Assembly (NCBI GenBank): GCA_002269645.1
Contig: NIVC01000495.1
Span: 1 to 64,000, forward strand
From: Macrostomum lignano
Lineage: Eukaryota
Reading direction: 5' to 3'
Length of the DNA stretch: 64,000 bases
The translations under genes and the position numbers were made by a program. The number at the start of each line of letters is the position of its first letter. The first letter of the stretch is position 1. The notes below the pieces were generated by a model. That model was given only the letters and a program-made list of their open reading frames with translations, searched no databases and had not been told where the DNA came from. Below are positions 46,436 through 56,448 of this stretch, in pieces.

Positions 46436-47451
46436 ATTTTTACCCAAAAAATTAAGTCTAAATAAAGCCATATTATATATACTAATATTATTCAAGTTGA
46501 TATTTAAATGAAAGAAAACAACTTAAAGGTTGTTTAGCAACAAGGAATTAGCAGTATATTTACTTTTAGAAAAAGACGATAGACCATTTTTAGTATATGG
46601 ATGTTTGCTGGCAAACTTTGCACTTTAAATTAGTATGAATTTTTGCAAGTTTTTTTTAGAAAAACTTAGAAATCCTTAGAAATCTTTTGTCTTTTTAAAT
46701 AAAATAAAAATTTAAACATAGAATACTTTCTATTTTGTAAGTAGTAAAAAAATTAGCCTTCCATTCTAAGGTCTTCAAGTCTAAAAACTAATTGTTTATA
46801 AATGAAAAAAGTGAAACAAAAAATTGCAAATCAGTCAACTCAGACTTTTACAATGCTTTTTGTGGTTTTTTACTATTTTATTTAATAATGCAACAATGAC
46901 TTTAACAATGAGTTCAACAAAGCTATTTTTAAGGACTTATATATAATCTATTGAGTATCAAAATATTTTTTCCACAATATTAATATAATCTCACTTTTGT
47001 TATTTGTTTTAATCATATTAGTTATTATTAGTTTGATTAGGGTTAGTTTAAGTTCATTTTTGAGAGTTTGTTTTACTTGTACCTCTAGATTGGGCTAATT
47101 AAAATGTACAAATTTTGTCTTTTTGATGTGTTTTTATGAATGTGCTAATGTAGTTTTGAGAGCCCATGTTTCAGTGTTTAATTATAATATTTGCAATTTA
47201 TCATAATGTGCATTAACTGTAAAGACATTTTTATAATTTTTTTGTATAGAAAAAGTAACATTTGGAAAAAGGCTTTTTACTTTTAAAAGTTATACTTTAA
47301 AAATCAATGAAGACTAAATAAGTATTTACCATTGACATGGCATGTACCAAAGAATGCTATTTTTAAATGGTATTCAAATAAAGTCATAGAATTATGGGAG
47401 AAGCTGAGAAAGCAGCTGGTAATCCCCTTATTGATGCAGGAGAAAACAACT

Positions 47452-47978
47452 GTAAATTCCCTGATTGATGCAGAGGAAAACACTTGGGAATTCCCTGATT
47501 GATGCAGAGGAAAACACTTGGAATTCCCTGATTGATGCAGAGGAAAACACTTGGGAATTCCCTGATTGATGCAGAGGAAAACACTTGGGAATTCCCTGAT
47601 TGATGCAGAGGAAAACACTTGGGAATTCCCGAATTGATGCAGAGGAAAACACTTGGGAATTCCCTGATTGATGCAGAGGAAAACACTTGGGAATTCCTTG
47701 ATTAATGCAGAGGAAAACACTTGGGAATTCCCTGATTGATGCAGAGGAAAACACTTGGGAATTCCCTGATTGATACAGAGGAAAACACTTGGGAATTCCC
47801 CGATTGATGCAGAGGAAAACACTTGGGAATTCCCTGATTGATGCAGAGGAAACACTTGGGAATTCCCTGATTGATGCAGAGGAAAACACTTGGGAATTCC
47901 CTGATTGATGCAGAGGAATCACTTGGGAATTCCCTGATTGATGCAGAGGAAAACACTTGGGAATTCCCTGATTGATGC
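47452..47978. repeat. 34-bp minisatellite GGGAATTCCCTGATTGATGCAGAGGAAAACACTT, ~15 copies
   Basis: Period 34; ends about 70 bp upstream of the CYB5R ATG. Confidence 0.95.
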
Positions 47979-48050
47979 AGGGGGGAAATAGTATTCCCCA
48001 ATCTGTTGCTATCTACTTGCACAATGAACTGCTCGCTAACAATCGCACAG

Positions 48051-49620
48051 ATGCTGATAGTCGGTGGCGGCGGCGCCATCATCCTGCTGTCCGTGGCCGT
48101 CTACAAGCTGTTCTGGGGTTCGCGCAAGCCCAAACGCCTGGTGACACTGCAGGACGCCAACGTGAAATATCCGTTGCGCCTGGTTGACAAGGAGATCATC
48201 AGCCACGACACCAGGCGGTTTCGCTTCGCCCTGCCCAGCCGGGACCACGTGCTCGGCCTGCCGGTCGGCCAGCACATCTACCTGCACGCCCGCATCGACG
48301 GCGATCCCGTTGTCCGGCCGTACACGCCGACAACTTCGGACGAGCAGAAGGGCCACTTTGATCTGGTTATTAAGGTCTACTTCAAGGTGAGAGGCTCTCT
48401 CTATGTATACATATAGTGAAATTTGAGTCACAGCTTGGGGCTTTCGGTGCGTGGAGCTGCCTCTGTTTCTGCAGACAGCTGAGATCATTGCTTAGCTTAA
48501 TTGCAATGTGGGAGCCATCCAGTAAAGATCTACCTACTGGTAGTAGTGCAATCTAAAGATAATAGAGGTAGAGGTTCGAAATTCAGGTACGAGAAATAAG
48601 TTTAGAAGTCAGATGAATTCTGGAGAATTAACAAAAACTGTATACTGAATTATTAATATGTACCAGTTTGGGGGATGAAATCTGCAGACCTCAGTCCTCA
48701 GGTGCGCGTGTAGACAGACCATCAGAGAAACAGGTGATAACTGGGAAACAGTGAGAGCAGGGGTGGGGGTTGTTGCTTATTGACCTCTCAGGCACATTGT
48801 TTAGTCTATGAGGGAATTATAAATTTAAAAGGCTTGTTGCGCAAAATCCTCACAGACAAGAAAAGCCAAGGGAATGTCGGACAATGGGCCACCCAGCATA
48901 TTCGCGTGTAAGCTACTTATAGTAGACAGTTTTAATAGAAATTGAAATCTGGCAAAGTCTCTGCCGTCCAGTCTTGGTTGGCTTCCTCGATGCTTCTAGA
49001 CTAGTAGCTACAGTTTAGCATTTTCAACTCTCCCCTCCCCGTCTCTTTCTCTCCAGAACGTGCACCCGAAGTTCCCAGACGGTGGCAAAATGTCGCAGTA
49101 CCTCGAGTCGCTGAAGGAGGGCGACTGCGTTGACGTGCGCGGCCCCTCCGGCCGGCTGGTATACGAAGGCAGCGGCCAGTTCCAGATCCGGCCGGACAAG
49201 AAGTCGCCGCCGGTTGCTAAGCGGGTCCGCCGGGTTGCCATGATCGCCGGCGGGACGGGCATCACGCCGATGTACCAGCTCATCCAGCAGGTGCTGGGCC
49301 ACGCGGACACGGATAAGACTCAGCTGGCGCTGCTATTCGCCAATCAGACCGAGCAGGACATCCTGCTGCGCGACGAGCTCGAGCAGCTGCGTGACTCGAA
49401 ACCGAGCCAGTTCAAGCTCTGGTACACCCTGGACCGGCCGCCCGAGGACTGGCGCTACAGCTCGGGCTTTGTCAACTCCGAAATGATCGGCGAGCACCTG
49501 TTCCCGCCTGGCGAGGACACCCTGGTGCTGATGTGCGGCCCGCCGCCTATGATCAACTTTGCCTGCATGCCCAGCCTGGAGAAGCTCGGATTCAAGCCCG
49601 ATATGCTGTTCTCCTACTGA
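48051..49620 (+). CDS. CYB5R3: NADH-cytochrome b5 reductase (membrane-anchored type), 2 exons
   Basis: Exons 48051-48386 and 49057-49620, phase 0. N-terminal hydrophobic anchor, then [33 protein letters not shown] and MCGPPPMI. Which vertebrate paralogue is closest is uncertain. Confidence 0.93.
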
Positions 49621-49624
49621 TTGC

Positions 49625-49915
49625 TGGTGACTGTCTCTGGCTGGGACAGTGGGACTAGATTTTTGACTGTCTCTGATTGGCTGGGACAGTATGAATAGCT
49701 TGTTGACTGTCTCTGATTGGCTGGGACAGTATGAATAGCTTGTTGACTGTCTCTGATTGGCTGGGACAGTATGAATAGCTTGTTGACTGTCTCTGATTGG
49801 CTGGGACAGTGGGACTAGCTTTTTGGCTGGGACAGTGAGACTAGCTTTTTGGCTGTTTCTGATTGGCTGGGACAGTGGAAATAGCTTGTTGACTGTCTCT
49901 GATTGGCTGACATGT
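49625..49915. repeat. 40-bp minisatellite containing CTGATTGGCT, ~6 copies
   Basis: GACTGTCTCTGATTGGCTGGGACAGTATGAATAGCTTGTT begins immediately after the CYB5R stop. Confidence 0.9.
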
Positions 49916-50649
49916 TGACTGTCTTTATAGCTTGCATGTCTGACGCCGTTGATCTAAACTTACTAATATCTGCCTACAGTTCTAATATTATTTAAACATT
50001 GGTAAAAGGTGTTTTTTCATTCGATTGAATTGACCAATCTTTCCTTTTGTATCGGTTTTGTACTGCTATTTAGTTAAACAAATTCATCCATGTAATATTG
50101 CTCTCCAAGCTGGGCTAGGCAATTAGAGTTTGTTTGCTTTAATAAGTTAGAATTGCAAATCGTTTTATAGTTTATACTTATTGTTAGTCGGTTGTAGGAA
50201 CTTCATATAATTTAATATTTATAAATATTCCGCCTATTCATTCTGATCTTTGCAGTCCGGTAATTTTCCATATTTTAATTATACTTCCGCAAACTGAAAA
50301 TTTTTCTAAAGCCGCTCCATTTTTCCCAGTTAATCTGCGCCAAGTCATGCCGTTTTCTCTTTAAATCGGATTTTGTAATCGCCTACTTTATGCCTCTTGG
50401 AGTTCGGTGTTACCCGCCATTTCTTATCGCTACTATTAAATATATATATGGATTTTGTATTCCCCTCATCACGATTCACGACCCTCTGTTGGCCTTGCTT
50501 TTTGTGTTAAAAATTCATTTGCCTTTGGCTGGTTAGGGTACGCCTGTTTGTTGTTTTCTGGTTTCCGTGCTTGTTGCTCTTCTGAAACATCGAGGGGAGT
50601 CCCCGTTTAGTGCTATTTAAAAAACAGCTGATTGGCTATCAAGTAAAAG

Positions 50650-51150
50650 GCCGGTTGGGATTCCCTGGTTGGTTTCTCGTTTTAGAACACTTAGGGATTC
50701 CCTGATTGATTCTCAGAACACTTGAAGATTCCCTAATTGATTCTCAGAACGCTTGGTCATTCCCTGATTGGTTCTCGTTTTTGAACACTTGGGGATTCCC
50801 TGATTGGTTTTTAGTTTTAGAACACTTAGGGATTCCCTGATTTGTTTCTCGTTTTAGAACACTTAGGGATTCCCTCATTGATTCTCGTTTTAGAACACTT
50901 AGGGATTCCCTGGTTGATTCTCGTTTTAAAACACTTGGGCATTCCCTGATTGATTCTCAGAACACTTGGGGATTCCCTGATTGGTTTCGTTTTTGAAGAC
51001 TTGGTTATTTCCTGATTGATTCTCGTTTTGGAGCACTTAGGGATTCCCTGATTGATTCTCAGAACACTTAGGGATTCCCTGATTGATTCTCAGAACACTT
51101 AGGGATTCCCTAATTGGTTTCGTTTTAGAACACTTAGGGATTCCCTGATT
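50650..51150. repeat. Variable ~29-36-bp array GGGATTCCCTGATTG(A/G)TTCTC(GTTTT)AGAACACTT
   Basis: Degenerate tandem units between CYB5R and PIGW, related to the 47.5 kb unit. Confidence 0.85.
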
Positions 51151-51444
51151 GGTACTCGTTTAAAAACACATAGGCCCTAGGGTATTCCCCTGGTAGTTCG
51201 ATTCGAGTCGTTTATATAATACTCAGGGGATTCTCTGATAGGAAACCAGAAGAAAGCGCTTGGGGCTTCCCTGATCACTAAACCGTTTAAACAACAATGA
51301 GATTCCTTTGTTTTGTTCTCGTCCCTATAGTCAAAAATTCTGTGTTTTGTTTATGTTTTTGTTCAGTTTTGTTAGTTCATCATGTTTGTTAGCTGCCCGT
51401 TAAATCCCCAGCAGTAACTAGGCCTGTTGAAACTCCCCATCCAG

Positions 51445-54250
51445 GCTGTGGCGGGCCAGGCTCCGCAGCAGCAGAAGGTGGTTGGCGAGTTCTCGCCCTA
51501 CCACCCGCTGGTGCCGGGCTTCAAGCACCACACCGAGCCCGTCCGCTGCGCCATCTGGGAAGTCTTTGTCGCCGTGCTGCCCCTCGTGCTGGGCCTGAGC
51601 AGCCGGAATGCCCTGCTGTGTCTGGCGCCCGGCCTGGCGAACCGCGCTGGCCGCCTTGGCCACCTGCTGCTTGACCACGGCCTCATCACCAGCGCCTTCT
51701 GCCTGTGCATCGTCACCTTTCCGGCTGCCAGCTACGCAGTGCCTGTGGCAGTCTCGGCTGTCGTTGCCCTGGCGGTCAATGTGGCCGCCCTGGCCAGACT
51801 GCTGGCCCGGCGGCGGCGGGGACAGTGGCTCTGGTGGCTGCCGGCGGAACTCGGGGAGCCCGCGTTCAGCGCCGAGCAGGCCGGCCGAGCGCGCTTTATC
51901 ACCGAGTTTCGGGGCCTCATCTATTTGCCAACATGCGCCTGCATTCTGGCCAGGTGTGTGTGTGTGTGTGTGTGACTCTCCCAAACTGATTGACTCACTT
52001 TAGCGCCAGGTACTGATTGGTCCGCTTCCGTCCTAGATTCTGATTGGTTCGCTTCCGTCCTAGATTCGGGTTCGTCCGTGACTTTCAGATTCTGATTGGT
52101 CCGTGACTGTCCCAGATTCTGATTGGTCCGTGACTGTCCCAGATTCTGATTGGTCCGTGACTGTCCCAGATTCTGATTGGTCCGTGACTGTCCCAGATTC
52201 TGATTGGTCCGTGACTGTCCCAGATTCTGATTGGTCCGTGACTGTCCCAGATTCTGATTGGTCCGTGACTGTCCCACATTCTGATTGGTCCGCTTCCGTC
52301 CTAGATTCTGATTCGTTCGTAACTGTCCCATATTCTGATTGGTCCACTTCCGTCCTAGATTCTGATTGGTCCGCTTCCGTCCCAGATTCTGATTGGTCCG
52401 TGAATGTTCTAGTCTAGGGTTTGCCACCTTCCCAAATGCATCGTCATTGAGCCAACAAAATCTCAATGCCTCCGCCCCTCTGCTGCTCCGCCAGGGACTT
52501 ACCCTGTTTTCGGCTTCCATTCGGCAAGACGCGTACCTTTGGCACCGGCCTGATGGATGTCGGCCTCGGCTGCTTCGTCTTTCTGATGGGCCTGACGGCG
52601 CCCACCTGCCGGGCTCGGGCCCTCAACCGGCACCAGCGGCAGGCGGCGCTGCTGAAGCAGACCGTACTGTGCCTGCTGCTGACCGGCTGCGGACTGGTGC
52701 GGCTGGTGGTGGCACCCGATCAGGTACGGTGTGTGGGAGCGAGGATAAGGAGTGTGGTAGCGGGGATAAGAAGTGTGGGAGCGGGGATAAGAAGTGTGGT
52801 AGCGGGGATAAGAAGTGTGGGAGCGGGGATAAGAAGTGTGGGAGCGAGGATAAGGAGTGTGGGAGCGGGGATAAGGAGTGTGGGAGCGGGGATAAGAAGT
52901 GTGGGAGCGAGGATAAGGAGTGTGTGAGCGGGGATAAGAAGTGTGGGAGCGGGGATAAGGAGTGTGGGAGCGAGGATAAGGAGTGTGTGAGCGGGGATAA
53001 GGAGTGTGGGAGCGGGGATAAGAAGTGTGGGAGCGAGGATAATGAGTGTTTAAGCGGGGATCAGGAGTGTGGTAGCGGGGATAAGAAGTGTGGGAGCGAG
53101 GATAAGGAGTGTGGGAGCGGGGATAAGGAGTGTGGGAGCGGGGATGGGGAGTGTGGGATAAACAATGGATGCATTCATCCCAGACTCTGCCTCCACCGCC
53201 CAGGCTGTGGAGGAGTACGGCCGGGACTGGAATGTGTTCTTTACGCTTGCCGCAGTGAAGATGGTGGGCTCCGCTACCGAGCTGCTGCTGCTGCCGCCAC
53301 AGTCGCGCCTTCCGCCGGCGCTGCCCGCCTGTCTCCTGTTGGCCGCCTACGAGGTGGCCCTTGGCCCGGTCGGCCGGCTGGCCATCACCATCGTCCGGCC
53401 AGAATCCGCGGCCGATGCAGAAGCTCCGGCAGCGGCGGCCGCGGCCGCTCTGGCCGCCAGACGCGATGCCGGCTTCTTCGAGGCCAACCGAGAGGGCCTG
53501 GTGGCCTGTCTGGGCCTTTACTGCCTCTACCTGCTGGCGCTGCAGGTCGGCCGTCTTGCCCTGCCCGTCCTAGCCAGCCGTCGGCCAACTGATGTCGGCC
53601 GCGTGACCGGCTGGTGCGCAGCGGTGGCCGCCGCCACCCTGGCGCTCCGCGTCCTGCCAGCTGCCGGGCTTGCCCTGCCAGAGTCCCGGCGCCTGGGCAA
53701 CGCCGCCTACGTGGCGTGGATCCTCGGCTTCTGCTGCGCCTACATGGCCGCCTGCGCCTTCGCGTCCTGTCTGTTTGCGGCCCTGGCCGGCCCCTACCCG
53801 GTCAGCTCCAACAATGTGCACCTGCGCGAGCACCATCGGGAGCACCAGTCCGAGCACCTGTCCCAGCCACCTCCCCCGCCGGCGTCCCCCTTCCTGCAGC
53901 TGGTGGACCAGCACGGCCTGGCCTACTTCCTCATCGGCAACCTGCTAACCGGGCTCACCGGCCGCTGCATCTTGCCAGCCCTGTACGGCCGGCCCGACTT
54001 CGGCCCCGTCATGCCGCCGGCCGCCTGCGCCCCTGTGCTCATGGCCTACATGCTGGTCCTCAGCCTGGCCACCGCCTGGCTGCTGCCCGCGATCTGCCGA
54101 CTGCTTGCCGCGCTCTGGCGCCGCACCGCCACGGCCGCGGCCAGGCGGGAGTCGCGCCCGACGACCGTGCAGCCGCCGCTGCATCTGCCGCAGCAGCAAC
54201 AGCAGCAATTTGAGCAGCAGCTTCGCCTTCAAACCATCAGCAGCGTGTGA
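51445..54250 (+). CDS. PIGW: GPI inositol acyltransferase PIG-W/GWT1-like, at least 3 exons, start codon not visible
   Basis: Exons 51445-51953, 52495-52723, 53204-54250. Motifs GKTRTFGTGLMDVGLGCFVF, EYGRDWNVFFTL, ANREG, SRRLGN, LAYFLIGNLLTGL. Multi-pass hydrophobic profile. Confidence 0.88.
52010..52405. repeat. 27-bp minisatellite GTGACTGTCCCAGATTCTGATTGGTCC, ~14 copies
   Basis: Period 27; PIGW intron 1. Confidence 0.93.
52728..53160. repeat. 21-bp minisatellite GTGTGGGAGCGGGGATAAG(A/G)A, ~20 copies
   Basis: Period 21; fills PIGW intron 2 (52724-53203). Confidence 0.95.
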
Positions 54251-55038
54251 CGATTGGGATTTTGTCTGCTTTATTCCTCAGTTATCAATGCAAACAGCCT
54301 GTCGATCATGCCTAGCAGAGCTCACAATATGCTATATATTTTTATCCGTGTTGCAGGTTTACATATATTTTCTAGTATGGCTAGTCTCTTATGATCATTT
54401 ATTGAGCAGTGCAGTATTTGTGTATAAGAAACTTGGCAAGAGGCATCCTGAATTTTGTTGACTTTAATATTTACGCTTTGATCCGGTACATAAATAGATT
54501 AAAAAATACGCAGTCCAGCTCCAATCTGCTTGTGAAAATCTTTGTAATTTTTGCATTTCAATTATTGATATTACCAAGACGCTACTGAGGTAAGTAGAGG
54601 AATGCGGAAAGCAGGTCAAATTTATTGTTTCTGCGAGCCACTACAATAGAGAAATTCGCAGGGTGTGAAAAGTGGGGATTTAAAAATATTATCAAGTCTG
54701 GTTTTTTCCAGAGAGAATTTTTTCCATAGTAAATTGGCAAGTGACAGTACGCGATTGTGTGAATGTTTCCGAGCTGAATTTGGGCATCACAGTACAAGCA
54801 TAAAGTACATTCGAATGCATCCGAATTCATCTAATATGGTATGGAGATAGCCAACAAGTATTCAAGCCAGGTCAACCGCAACTAACAACCTGTTAAAGCA
54901 CCCAAGCCAATCCCTATCCGCCTCAACCACCCACCTCACTCCCCTTTCTTCACTTCGCTACGGCTCTACCCGCTCCTATTGGCTGTTTTCTCCGCGGCCA
55001 ATAGGAATCCAGCAGGGGTGAGGGGCGGCACTGCAGCC

Positions 55039-56218
55039 TCAGTAAATATCCGGGCAGCGGGCCCAGTCGCGCGCCCAGTATTCGCCCGTGAAGCGCCAGT
55101 CGCCGTCCTTGCCGGTGTGCGGGTTCCGCCACCTGCGGAACCAGACGCCGTCGGAGTCCGACTGAGCGCGGCGCCGGCGCTGCTTCTCTTCTAGGCGCGA
55201 CTTCTCTGCCTGCGCCAGCGCAAGGTCACCGGCCTCGAGGGCGCGCACGTCAGGCTTCCGGCGAGCGTCGGTAGGCGGCAGGCGCGCCATCAGTTCGGCG
55301 TCCGAGCAGTCGTTGAGCTGCATGGCGAAGCGGGTGAAGCTGTAGTAGCGCTCGCAGCCCTGCGGCCGCTGCACCAGCTGCCAGAGCAGCCGCTGGCCGG
55401 GCAGCCGCAGGTCGGCCGCTGACCCGCGACTCGGCGGGCCCGTCTGGCCGTCCTCGCTGTCGCTGGCTGCCTTCCTGGACGGCGATTCGTCGCCGGCTGA
55501 GCCGCTGCTGATGCTGTTGGCGGCGATGAAACTCGATGGGCGCAGCTTAGGGCTGCCGTTGCGAGGCGATGAGGATACTTCGCGCTGCTGATGGTGGCGA
55601 CGACGCGACGATTGGTGGCTGCCGCCGCTGCGCTTGTGCTCCTTCCAGGCCTCCACCGGCAGGCTATGGAAAAGCCGGGCGGCAAATTCTCTCAGCCGCC
55701 ATTCACATTACTTAAAGTAGAACTAAGGTGGATGGTGCTAGAATTCGAGCATGCTGCACTCCCAGCCTTCTCTATTTCCGTCTCTCCAGATCACCCCCTA
55801 TGTCAAAACTCATATGGGTAATGGACTAACCGAATCCCCGGGAACGGAATGGATTCGAGAATTAGCACGCGCTGGGGGCTTGCTAATCTATAAGCTGAGC
55901 TCTCCCAGACCAGCTCAGGTAAAGCAGGTGACAGCCGGTGCTGGGGCGCCTCTCAAAGCCCGAACTGGTTCAATCCGGCCCAGCTGAATTCATTGCCTAG
56001 CCGCCACCTGCACGGCTTCTGCTGGCTAAATAGTGAGGATGGAGCAGCGGGAAGCAGCTCCCCCAGCCTCCGCTCCTGCTTTGGTTTGCCGCTCTTAGCG
56101 ACTCTTCATCTCTGCGGCGCTCATAGTGTTTCCACACGCAGCGGACCGCTCCTACTGTGGCGAGTCTAGCGAGAATGACACGCAGACAGGCAGACAGCCA
56201 CATAGACAGACAGACAGT

Positions 56219-56288
<70 letters not shown>

Positions 56289-56404
56289 GGCGGGCAGGCA
56301 GGCAGGCAGGCAGACAGGCGGGCAGACAGGCAGGCAGGCAGGCAGGCGGGCAGGCAGGTAGGCAGGCAGGCAGGCAGGCGGGCAGGCAGGTAGGCAGGCA
56401 GGCA

Positions 56405-56448
<44 letters not shown>

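Noticed and set aside
52393-53592. 399-aa ORF with CGSGDKK repeats
   Set aside because: Chimera of off-frame PIGW exons and the 21-bp intron array.
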